A stretch of 41,802 nucleotides of DNA, from positions 1-41,802 of the forward strand of contig JALWZJ010000149.1 of assembly GCA_027002625.1 (NCBI GenBank), read 5' to 3'. The number at the start of each line of letters is the position of its first letter. Position 1 is the stretch's first letter. The position numbers and the translations under genes are program-made. The notes below the pieces were generated by a model that saw only the letters and a program-made list of their open reading frames with translations, did not search any database and was not told the origin of the DNA. This stretch comes from Campylobacterales bacterium. Lineage in GTDB: Bacteria; Campylobacterota; Campylobacteria; Campylobacterales; Nitratiruptoraceae. Below, in pieces: positions 18,131 through 26,363 of the stretch.

Positions 18131-18949
18131 TTAGAAATGGTTTGGTCTACAAAGGTTGCGAAATCGCCCCCGCACCACTTGGCCAAAAATGGTCACAGGT
18201 GTACGGGCGGCTCTGGCACGAGCCAGGATCGAGTACTTGTGCCTTGGATCGAAGGCAAAGAGCAGCTCATACTCCTCCCCACTGCACCCTTTGGCTTTGG
18301 GGATGGGAGCCAAGAAGTGCACCCCTTTGCGATTTAGGCGCGTCATTTTAGCCAAATCGTCGAAGAGTCCATCGCTGATATCCATCGCCACTTTGATATG
18401 ACGAGCGGCTCGTCGCATGAAATCTGTGCGAAGCTTTGGCGAGACAAATTTGGAGTGAGGACTTATCCGCCCTCCTCGCAGCAGCCGCCGCAGATCCTTG
18501 GCCACGCTGCCCAGATCTCCCGTATAGGCCAGCAGATATCTTTCTCTCAAAGGCTTGCGATAGATGGGGCGCTTGGTAGCGGAAACGAGAGCGATGGAGA
18601 TATCGAGCCGATCGGAAGCGACGGTATCGCCGCCGATGATCTGGCATCCATACTCTTCGCACGCACTCCCAAGCCCTTTGGCCAACTCCTCCATCTGTGC
18701 TGGAGTGCAGGCTTTGGGGATGGCGATGGTGACAAGAGCGTATCTGGGCGTGGCATTCATCGCCACGGCGTCACTGACATTGACAGCCACGGCCTTGGCG
18801 GCGATTTGCCCAAGACTCATCCACTCTCGTTTGAAATGGATATTTTCACAAAAAGCGTCGGCACTGTAGACCAGGCCATCCACCACCGCCGCATCGTCGC
18901 CAATATATTTGTTATTAATCAAACTTATATAAAAAAGCTCTTTGTCCAC
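18131..18949 (-). CDS. thiL: Thiamine-monophosphate kinase
   Basis: IGDDAA, NVSDAVAM, IIGGDT, MDISDGL and GEEYELL motifs. GTG 18949 chosen because an AGAGGG SD precedes it. Confidence 0.92.
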   Translation of the reverse strand: MDKELFYISLINNKYIGDDAAVVDGLVYSADAFCENIHFKREWMSLGQIAAKAVAVNVSDAVAMNATPRYALVTIAIPKACTPAQMEELAKGLGSACEEYGCQIIGGDTVASDRLDISIALVSATKRPIYRKPLRERYLLAYTGDLGSVAKDLRRLLRGGRISPHSKFVSPKLRTDFMRRAARHIKVAMDISDGLFDDLAKMTRLNRKGVHFLAPIPKAKGCSGEEYELLFAFDPRHKYSILARARAARTPVTIFGQVVRGRFRNLCRPNHF

Positions 18950-19034
18950 GACCCCTCTTTTTGATAAATATTGTAACAAAGCACCCCTTAAAAAAGGCAG
19001 GAGTGGCTCTTTTAATCAAGATTTTGGGCGTAAA

Positions 19035-19043
19035 TGCTATAAT
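19035..19043 (+). promoter_or_regulatory. Extended -10 (TGCTATAAT) of the sdhABE operon
   Basis: Perfect TGnTATAAT 31 nt before ATG 19075; AAGGA SD. Confidence 0.7.
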
Positions 19044-19074
19044 CGTAAAAATTTCACTCAAAAGGACCGACCGA

Positions 19075-20787
19075 ATGGAAATACCTATCGTACAGACCGA
19101 CGTGGTCATCGTAGGCTCCGGACTCGCCGGATGTGCCGCAGCCAGAGAGCTACAAAAAGCGGGCAAAGATGTGATAGTACTGACCAAGCTCCATCCCCTC
19201 AGAAGCCACTCGGGAGCGGCCCAAGGAGGCGTCAACGCGGCTCTAAGCGATGATGACGATCCAAAGCTGCATATGTTCGACACCGTCAAGGGAAGTGACT
19301 ATCTCGCCGACCAGGATGCGGTGGAGCTGATGTGCTCCAAAGCACCCGAGACCATCCGATGGATCGAGCACATGGGAGCGGCCTTTAGCCGCCGCGAAGA
19401 TGGTCGTATCGCTCAGCGCCCCTTCGGAGGACAGAGCAAACCAAGAGCCTGTTATGCCAAAGATAGAACGGGTCTGACGCTCTTGCAGACCATCTTCGAG
19501 CAAGCCGATAGAGAAGGTGTGGACTTTTGGGACGAGTGGTATGTAGCCGATATTTTGTACAAAGATGGCAAAGCTTACGGTGTGGTGGCTTTCAATCTCA
19601 AAGACTCCACCCCCACCATCTTCAACGCAAAAGCGGTGATGTTCGCCACGGGTGGATACGCAAGAGCCTTCAAGATCAACTCCAACGCCCACGCCAACAC
19701 GGGCGATGGCCTGAGCATCGTAGCACGCCACGGACTGCCACTGGAGGATATGGAGTTTGTGCAGTTCCACCCAAGTGGATTGGCGGGCAGCGGTATCCTC
19801 ATCAGTGAAGCGGCCAGGGGCGAGGGAGGACGGCTCTACAACGCCTTGGGTGAGCGATTTATGGAAAAGTACGCACCTGAAAAGATGGAGCTGGCTCCCC
19901 GTGACGTGGTGGCCAGAGCTATCATGAACGAGATCAGAGAAGGTAGAGGTGTGGGTCCGGACAAGATGGCGGTCTATCTGGATCTGACACATCTGGGTGA
20001 AGAGCTCATCATGGAACGATTGCCAGAACTACGGGATCTTGCCATCACCTTCCTTGGCCAAGATATGGTCAAAGAGCCCATCATGATCACCGTCACCGCC
20101 CACTACTCCATGGGAGGGATCCCAGTCGATATCGACGGACACGTGAAGAAAAATCCAAAAGAGACGGTCGAAGGACTTTACGCCGCTGGAGAGTGCTCGT
20201 GCGTCAGCGTCCATGGAGCCAACCGCCTGGGAGCCAACTCCCTTCTTGAAGCGCTCTTTTTTGGCCGCCATGTGGGGCAAAGTATCGCCAAAGACCTCGA
20301 TACCATCGAGCTCAAAGAGGCCCAGCCAGAAGAGGCACAAAGAATGCTCGAGGAGATGGAATTCTTGCTCACCAACAACGGCACCGAGCATACAGCGACT
20401 CTACGCCAAGAACTCCAAGATACGATGTTCGAAAATTGTGGAGTCTTTCGAACGGAGGAGTCACTCAAAAAGCAGAAGAAGATCCTCGAAGATCTCAAGA
20501 AGCGCTTCAAAAACATCCGCATAGACGACAAATCCAAAACCTTCAACACCGATCTACAAGAGGCAATAGAGCTGGGGCATATGCTCGATTATGCCTCCTT
20601 CATCGTCGAAGGGGCCATCGCCAGAAAAGAGTCCAGAGGTGCCCACTACCGAGAAGATTATCCCCAAAGAGACGACGAGAATTTCTTGAAGCACACCTAC
20701 GCTTATATGGATGGAGATGGCCAGATCCGACTCGAGTATGGTGATGTGGTGATCACTCAGTTCGAACCACAAGAAAGAAAATATTAA
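19075..20787 (+). CDS. sdhA: Succinate dehydrogenase/fumarate reductase flavoprotein subunit
   Basis: VGSGLAG, RSHSGAAQGG (covalent-FAD His), QFHP, EAARGEG, HYSMGG, HGANRLG and ESRGAHYR motifs. Start reassigned to ATG 19075, downstream of the promoter and SD. Confidence 0.95.
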   Translation: MEIPIVQTDVVIVGSGLAGCAAARELQKAGKDVIVLTKLHPLRSHSGAAQGGVNAALSDDDDPKLHMFDTVKGSDYLADQDAVELMCSKAPETIRWIEHMGAAFSRREDGRIAQRPFGGQSKPRACYAKDRTGLTLLQTIFEQADREGVDFWDEWYVADILYKDGKAYGVVAFNLKDSTPTIFNAKAVMFATGGYARAFKINSNAHANTGDGLSIVARHGLPLEDMEFVQFHPSGLAGSGILISEAARGEGGRLYNALGERFMEKYAPEKMELAPRDVVARAIMNEIREGRGVGPDKMAVYLDLTHLGEELIMERLPELRDLAITFLGQDMVKEPIMITVTAHYSMGGIPVDIDGHVKKNPKETVEGLYAAGECSCVSVHGANRLGANSLLEALFFGRHVGQSIAKDLDTIELKEAQPEEAQRMLEEMEFLLTNNGTEHTATLRQELQDTMFENCGVFRTEESLKKQKKILEDLKKRFKNIRIDDKSKTFNTDLQEAIELGHMLDYASFIVEGAIARKESRGAHYREDYPQRDDENFLKHTYAYMDGDGQIRLEYGDVVITQFEPQERKY

Positions 20788-20798
20788 GAGGGTATGAC

Positions 20799-21755
20799 AT
20801 GAAACTGACACTGAAAGTTTTTCGATTCAACGCCGAGACCGACTACTTGCCACACTACGACACAATAGAGATGGAGGTGGATCCTAAAGAGGTGGTCCTC
20901 GACCTGCTCAACCGCATCAAGTGGGAGCATGACGGCAGCTTCACCTACCGAAGAAGCTGTCGCCACGGAATCTGCGGCAGCTGTGCCATCAAGGTCAATG
21001 GACGAAGCACGCTCGCTTGCAAAGAGCGGGTAGTGGATATGGTGGAGACGTTTGGCACCGAGCTGATACTCGAACCCGTGAGCAAAAAGCGAGCCGTCAA
21101 AGATATGGTGGTGGACAAAGCCGACTTTTGGAAAAAGTACGACGCCGTCAAACCCTGGCTCGTGGCCGAGATCGACGAGCATCCGCAGATGGAGAACATC
21201 ATCCCGCCAAGTGAGGCGGAAAAGCTCGAAGACGCGGACTACTGTATCCAGTGTGGCTGCTGCTACTACGCTTGCCCTGTGGTGGAGGTCAACGAGGACT
21301 ATCTGGGGCCTGCCGCATTCGAAAAAGCCTACCGCTTCACGGCGGATGTACGAGATCACGCCAAAAAAGAGCGGCTGGAAATCGTAGATCAGCTGGGCCA
21401 AGGGGTATGGGACTGTGTCAAATGCTACGAGTGTGCCGAGGCGTGTCCAAAACATATCGATCCGATCGGCAAAATCACCAAGCTGCACAACCAGATCTTT
21501 GAAGAGGGTGTGGCTAAAAGCAATGTAGCCACCAGGCATGCCGTGGGCTTCAAGCACTCCATCAAAAAGCATGGTATCTTGGATGAAGGAGAACTGGTAC
21601 TGTACAGCGAAGGCTTCGGTGTCTTCAAACATATTCCAGAGGCTCTGGAGATGTTCAAAAAAGGCAAAATCGTCATGCCTTGGAATATGCCAAAATCCAA
21701 AAATCTCGATGAAATCAAAAAGCTCGTCGATATCGCTTCGACGGTGAAATTTTAA
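20799..21755 (+). CDS. sdhB: Succinate dehydrogenase/fumarate reductase Fe-S subunit (type E)
   Basis: SCRHGICGSC..C [2Fe-2S], CIQCGCC...CP and CVKCYECAEACP (a second 4-Cys cluster), plus a C-terminal extension. Confidence 0.93.
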   Translation: MKLTLKVFRFNAETDYLPHYDTIEMEVDPKEVVLDLLNRIKWEHDGSFTYRRSCRHGICGSCAIKVNGRSTLACKERVVDMVETFGTELILEPVSKKRAVKDMVVDKADFWKKYDAVKPWLVAEIDEHPQMENIIPPSEAEKLEDADYCIQCGCCYYACPVVEVNEDYLGPAAFEKAYRFTADVRDHAKKERLEIVDQLGQGVWDCVKCYECAEACPKHIDPIGKITKLHNQIFEEGVAKSNVATRHAVGFKHSIKKHGILDEGELVLYSEGFGVFKHIPEALEMFKKGKIVMPWNMPKSKNLDEIKKLVDIASTVKF

Positions 21756-21765
21756 AGGATAGCCT

Positions 21766-22650
21766 ATGAGTAAACTACGATATGCCCTGTATACCGGATG
21801 TACCGCAAGAGAGAGCACCCCGGAGCTTCTCAAATCGACTCTGGCTATTGCCAAAAAGCTCGATATCGAGCTGGTGCTTTTGGATGAGGCGAGCTGCTGT
21901 GGAGCGAGCCACCTGCAAGATTTCGATCCCTTCCTCAGCCTCGTACTCAACGCCAGAAACATCTGCTATGCCGAAAAAAGAGAGCTCGATATGGTCACTA
22001 TCTGCAACACTTGCCAGCTCAATACAGCCATGACCAAACACAAGCTCGACAACGACCCAGAACTCAAAGCCAAAGTCAACGAAAAGCTCGAAGAGGTGGG
22101 GCTGGTCTATCTGGGTACGAGCAATGTGCGCCACTTTCTCTATGCATTGATCGAAGATTACGGTCTGGACAATTTGCGAGATCGGGTGGTCAAACCTCTA
22201 AGCCATCTCAATATCGCACCCTTTTATGGCTGTCACAACATCCGCCCAAGCGAGCTGCACCACCACTTCAACCGAACCAAAGAGAATCCATACAATCCCA
22301 CCTCTTTGGATGAACTCATAGAGGCATTGGAGGGCAATAGCGTAGACTACGAGCACAAAAACAAGTGCTGCGGCTTCCATGTGGACCTACAGGCTCCAAA
22401 AACCTCCAACATCCTCACAGGAAACGCCATCGTCGATGCGCTGGACAACAACGCCGACGTGATGGTCACACCATGTCCGCTATGCCATCTCAATCTGGAC
22501 GTCAAGCAAAAAGCGGCCACAAAAGCGGTCAATAGAGAGCTACCAAATCCGATGCCGATTCTGCATCTACCGCAGCTCATCGGTTTGGCCCTTGGATGTA
22601 CTCCAGAAGAGCTTGGCCTGCAGCACCATGTGACGGAGGTTCCGGCGTAA
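21766..22650 (+). CDS. sdhE: HdrB-like CCG-domain subunit of type-E SQR (SdhE)
   Basis: Two CCG domains (GC...SCCG...CNTC and GC...KCCG...CPLC); no transmembrane cytochrome b anchor. Confidence 0.88.
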   Translation: MSKLRYALYTGCTARESTPELLKSTLAIAKKLDIELVLLDEASCCGASHLQDFDPFLSLVLNARNICYAEKRELDMVTICNTCQLNTAMTKHKLDNDPELKAKVNEKLEEVGLVYLGTSNVRHFLYALIEDYGLDNLRDRVVKPLSHLNIAPFYGCHNIRPSELHHHFNRTKENPYNPTSLDELIEALEGNSVDYEHKNKCCGFHVDLQAPKTSNILTGNAIVDALDNNADVMVTPCPLCHLNLDVKQKAATKAVNRELPNPMPILHLPQLIGLALGCTPEELGLQHHVTEVPA

Positions 22651-22659
22651 GCCGCCTCC
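22635..22659 (+). terminator. GC-rich hairpin at the sdhE stop / convergent gene junction
   Basis: GGAGG-ttc-CGGC-GTAA-GCCG-CCTCC with a GNRA tetraloop; no strong U-tract. Confidence 0.4.
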
Positions 22660-22940
22660 TATAGCTTTTGCTTGGTAGGGAATATGGAGCATTTGAAAGC
22701 TCTGGCGATCAGCTCCAACAACGTCACGATAATCACGGACCCTGGCAATAGCGTGATAGGAAATAAAAAAACGATCTTAAAAAGATCGATAAGCTGCTTG
22801 TCGGCCTCTTGCATCAGCTCTTTGTTTTCTCTTTCATTCAGATAGATTTCAGCCATTCTTTTCGTCTCTTTGTATTCGCGCAAAGAGACTATCCAAAATC
22901 TCTTCAAAGAGCGTTTCAATCTTCTTACTATTTTTCTCAT
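22659..22940 (-). CDS. Hypothetical 93-aa membrane-associated protein (LETM1-like by resemblance)
   Basis: ATG ORF with a basic N-terminal helix, then a hydrophobic hairpin FLFPITLLPGSVIIV and a terminal IFP motif. Confidence 0.7.
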   Translation of the reverse strand: MRKIVRRLKRSLKRFWIVSLREYKETKRMAEIYLNERENKELMQEADKQLIDLFKIVFLFPITLLPGSVIIVTLLELIARAFKCSIFPTKQKL

Positions 22941-22972
22941 AAGATAATTTTATCCAAAACTTGTAACGGGAC

Positions 22973-22997
22973 AAATAGGAGATTTTTTATCCTATTT
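22973..22997. promoter_or_regulatory. Dyad AAATAGGA-N9-TCCTATTT, putative operator
   Basis: Perfect 8-bp inverted repeat in a divergent promoter region, just upstream of TACAAT (23012-23017). Confidence 0.5.
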
Positions 22998-23050
22998 TAA
23001 TTTTTTTCTTGTACAATAAAGGGTGAAAAATCTCAACGAAGGAGGCGAAT

Positions 23051-23434
23051 ATGCCAAAAATCAATAGATATGTAGATATCTCTCAAGTGGACAAAGAGGC
23101 CAAAAAGGACTACATCGATCGACACTCTCCTTTCATCCATTGTGAAAAAACAGCGAAGAAAGGTGAGAAATTTAAAGTCAATGTCAAAGTAGGAAACGAA
23201 TATTGCCATCCAGACGATTTCGATCACTACATCGCCTATGTACAGCTTTGGGATGGTGAGCGACTACTTGGACAAGCCACATTCACACCAGGATCTCTTG
23301 GCAACCAATGCTCTCAAACGGAAGTGGACTTTTTTATCGTACCTACCAAAAAAATGAAGCTTACCGCTATGAGCTACTGCACCAAGCATGGTCTTTGGGA
23401 GAGCGATCCGGTAGAAGTGGAAGTGACCGAATAA
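23051..23434 (+). CDS. Superoxide reductase-like (desulfoferrodoxin/neelaredoxin, class II SORL) protein
   Basis: Iron-ligand pattern H(SP)...HPDDFDH...YCTKHGLW; AAGGAGG SD. Confidence 0.88.
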   Translation: MPKINRYVDISQVDKEAKKDYIDRHSPFIHCEKTAKKGEKFKVNVKVGNEYCHPDDFDHYIAYVQLWDGERLLGQATFTPGSLGNQCSQTEVDFFIVPTKKMKLTAMSYCTKHGLWESDPVEVEVTE

Positions 23435-23441
23435 CTCTTTC

Positions 23442-23458
23442 GGGGCTCTCGCCCCTTT
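23442..23458 (+). terminator. Short intrinsic terminator-like hairpin
   Basis: GGGGC-TCTC-GCCCC followed by TTT, just after the SORL stop. Confidence 0.45.
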
Positions 23459-23494
23459 AATCTCGCTTTAACCCCCTCTTTTGTATCATTTCTT

Positions 23495-24160
23495 ATGAAC
23501 GATCGGCAACGACTCACCCTTTTGTATCAACTCTATTTGCACCAATGGATAGGAACGTCATATATGGATCCAATCAAACAAGAAAATCCTGTTACACAAT
23601 CTTTGCCCGACGATCTGGAAGAGCTCAAAAAAATAGTCTTGCAGTGCCATCTGTGCGATTTGGCCAAAACACGCAAAAACGTGGTCTTCGGCGAGGGTAA
23701 CCCTCACGCCAAACTGATGTTTATCGGTGAGGGTCCGGGAGCCACCGAAGACGAGACGGGACGCCCCTTCGTAGGCCGGGCTGGTCAGCTACTGACCAAA
23801 ATGATAGAAAATGTACTAAAGATCCCCCGAAGCGAAGTTTACATAGCCAACATCGTCAAGTGCCGCCCACCCAACAATCGCGTCCCCACACCCGAAGAGG
23901 CCCGTACCTGTATCCCCTACCTTTTCAAGCAGATCGAGATCATCGATCCCAAAATCTTGGTGGCTTTGGGAGCCACCAGCTATCGTTGGCTCACGGGTGA
24001 CACTACCCCCATCTCCAAAGTACGGGGACAAAGGATCGAATTTAGAGGTCGTATCCTCATCCCCACTTTCCATCCAAGCTACCTTTTGCGCAATCCCTCC
24101 AAAAAGAAGGAAGCCTACGAGGATCTACTCAAAATCAAAGAGTTGCTATGCGAAGTTTGA
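23495..24160 (+). CDS. Uracil-DNA glycosylase, family 4 (4Fe-4S)
   Basis: CHLC, GEGPG, GRPFVGRAG, KCRPPNNR and HPSYLLR motifs. Confidence 0.93.
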   Translation: MNDRQRLTLLYQLYLHQWIGTSYMDPIKQENPVTQSLPDDLEELKKIVLQCHLCDLAKTRKNVVFGEGNPHAKLMFIGEGPGATEDETGRPFVGRAGQLLTKMIENVLKIPRSEVYIANIVKCRPPNNRVPTPEEARTCIPYLFKQIEIIDPKILVALGATSYRWLTGDTTPISKVRGQRIEFRGRILIPTFHPSYLLRNPSKKKEAYEDLLKIKELLCEV

Positions 24161-25374
24161 TCTTGTGGTCCGTGCTGCTCTTGTCGCTGCTGGCTGGGGG
24201 GAGATACCTCTCTCCCGTCCCTCTGCCCAAAAGCTATTTTATCGATCTTGAGACCTATCCATGCGACAACTACTGCTTGCAAGAGCATTTGCAAAACGGC
24301 GAGATCTTCTCCTTTTTGGCCAAATCCTCGCCGCAAAATATCGAGGGGTTGCAAAAAGAGTACCAGACATATGCCACACTTTTTGGAACGCCATCATTTT
24401 TGCCCACGCACCATATCCGCGTCACCATCCTCTCTTCACACCTTCTCGCCCCATACAGCGATACAGTCGTCAAATCGTTAATAGCCTATTTCTTACAAAA
24501 AGAGATCACATACCAAATACGAACCGTCGTTTACGATAAAGAAGACCAGATCCAAGATCTGGTAGACCAGGCCTACCAAAGCGATCTGATCATCTTGCCG
24601 CTCGATTTCGATCACAAAGAGGTGCTCTCTACCCTCTCCAGCGAAGTGCCGATCTTCGTACCCACGCTACACAGATCCTTTGTCTCTCAAGCCGACAATC
24701 ATATCTTCTTTGGAGGAGCAGACTACACTGGCCAGCTGGATAGACTCTTGCAACTGGCACAAAAGAGAGTGGCCCTGTTTTATCTCGAACACTCCACCCT
24801 CTCTCGACTTCTAAGCACCCATATCCTTCAAAAACCGGACATTTTGGCCAAAGAGTATCCTATAGACACCACCGTTTCCAATCTCAAAAACTATCTTGAA
24901 AACAATAAAGAGCTCAACCAATCAAGCGTAGTGCTCAACACCCCTATCGTCAAAACGGCCCTCATCCTCTCTCAACTCACTCTCTATGACATAGAGCCAA
25001 AAAACAAACTGAGCACTCAGATCAACTACTCCCCTCGCCTCTTCACTCTCACTCAGCCAAGAGATCGTCACGATCTCATTCTTGCCTCTTCTATAAGTAC
25101 ACTTCCTCCCAAAACCGCTGGCGCTTTGGAAGCGCTGGGTATCGATTCCCATTTCGATTGGCTGGGGTACGCCTCTTTCGTGGGAAGCGACATCTTCTTT
25201 TCCAAATTTTTAGGATTTCAAAGAGAGAGCCAGGAGCGACTGATAGATCACCAGATCGGCTACGATATCACGCTCTGGCGAAGCGAGAGATTTAGCTTTG
25301 TACCGATCGAAGTACCTGCACAAACTCCTGAGGAAGGCGAGAGGGGCGAGCCCCCCGCATACATATTAGAGTGA
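24148..25374 (+). CDS. Conserved hypothetical exported protein
   Basis: 408-aa ORF with a signal peptide, YLSPVPLP and C-x3-C; start overlaps the UDG stop. Confidence 0.75.
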   Translation: MRSLILWSVLLLSLLAGGRYLSPVPLPKSYFIDLETYPCDNYCLQEHLQNGEIFSFLAKSSPQNIEGLQKEYQTYATLFGTPSFLPTHHIRVTILSSHLLAPYSDTVVKSLIAYFLQKEITYQIRTVVYDKEDQIQDLVDQAYQSDLIILPLDFDHKEVLSTLSSEVPIFVPTLHRSFVSQADNHIFFGGADYTGQLDRLLQLAQKRVALFYLEHSTLSRLLSTHILQKPDILAKEYPIDTTVSNLKNYLENNKELNQSSVVLNTPIVKTALILSQLTLYDIEPKNKLSTQINYSPRLFTLTQPRDRHDLILASSISTLPPKTAGALEALGIDSHFDWLGYASFVGSDIFFSKFLGFQRESQERLIDHQIGYDITLWRSERFSFVPIEVPAQTPEEGERGEPPAYILE

Positions 25375-25666
25375 TCTCCATCTCGAAGCAGAGCTCTTCG
25401 CCCTTCTGGGCCCATTGGTGCAGACGCACCACGGCACCCTTGCTCTCCAAAAGTTTAGTGCCGATCTCGAGTATATCGCCCAAGAAAGCCGGCCGGTGAT
25501 AGGAAGCTTGTAAAGACTTGACCACGAAATGGTACTCCCCCAGTTTTGGTGAGATACCTTGAGAAAAGAAGATCTCACTCCTCGCCCGTTCGCAAAAATT
25601 GATATACCTACTGTGATAGACGATCCCGCCAGCATCCACATCTTCATAATAGACTCGTATCTTCAT
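25292..25666 (-). CDS. ybgC: YbgC/FadM family acyl-CoA thioesterase
   Basis: RVYYEDVDAGGIVYH...CERAR hot-dog fold motif. Confidence 0.9.
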   Translation of the reverse strand: MKIRVYYEDVDAGGIVYHSRYINFCERARSEIFFSQGISPKLGEYHFVVKSLQASYHRPAFLGDILEIGTKLLESKGAVVRLHQWAQKGEELCFEMEITLICMRGARPSRLPQEFVQVLRSVQS

Positions 25667-25667
25667 C

Positions 25668-26363
25668 TCACCAGTCCACTACCAAGGAGACCATAAAGGT
25701 GCGGTCCATCTTCTTTTTATCCCCTGGGGGGAGGTTTTTGTAGTCGATCTTGTAGCTCACCCCCAACTTGAGCTTGCCGTCGATAGTGCTGTAGAAGGAG
25801 CTTTTGGAGTACAAGAACCAATTGGAGGGATGAGAGAGATCCGATCTCCAGTTGGCCTCTTCAAAAAAAGTGAGTGTAGGAGTGATCCGATAGGTATACT
25901 CCAATCCAGCTCTTCCCGATGGGTAGATATCTTTTTGGCCGGTGGTATAACTATCGATAGAATACAAAATTAAAAGATTCAAAGAAAGGCTTTGATCCGG
26001 AGTCTGGATCGCTTGCCACCCCAGTCCCGGCCCAGTATAGAACTGATACTCAAATCCGGAAAACTTGTCCTGCTTGTATCCTACAAGATACTCCAACTCC
26101 AAAATTTTAGAAAAATGGTAGTAGTAGTGCGTTTCCAAAAACCAAACATTTTTGGTCTCTTTACCATTGCTGGTAGCATAATGGGAATCGAAATCGAAAG
26201 CTATTTCATGAGGAAGCCAGCTCTTTTGAGCGTGAAAATCGAGTCCAAAAGAGGAGGTGTCGGTATTGCCACTGGTTTGGATATAGGAGAGCTCGGTGTG
26301 GGTATGCCAAGGCGTGGCGATCGCTCCAGTTGCCACCAGCAGAGCCGTCACCACTCTTTTCAT
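25668..26363 (-). CDS. DUF481 (YdiY-like) outer-membrane beta-barrel protein
   Basis: Signal peptide, TSGNTD, YKQDKFSG...TGPGLG, amphipathic strands and a terminal aromatic residue (W). Confidence 0.85.
   Translation of the reverse strand: MKRVVTALLVATGAIATPWHTHTELSYIQTSGNTDTSSFGLDFHAQKSWLPHEIAFDFDSHYATSNGKETKNVWFLETHYYYHFSKILELEYLVGYKQDKFSGFEYQFYTGPGLGWQAIQTPDQSLSLNLLILYSIDSYTTGQKDIYPSGRAGLEYTYRITPTLTFFEEANWRSDLSHPSNWFLYSKSSFYSTIDGKLKLGVSYKIDYKNLPPGDKKKMDRTFMVSLVVDW

Noticed and set aside
18961-19074. N-terminal extension of SdhA in the ORF track as a possible export signal
   Set aside because: It spans the promoter (TGCTATAAT at 19035), has no twin-arginine motif, and the SD sits before ATG 19075.
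20784-21962. 392-aa antisense ORF opposite sdhB/sdhE
   Set aside because: Same shadow-ORF pattern; no domain signature.
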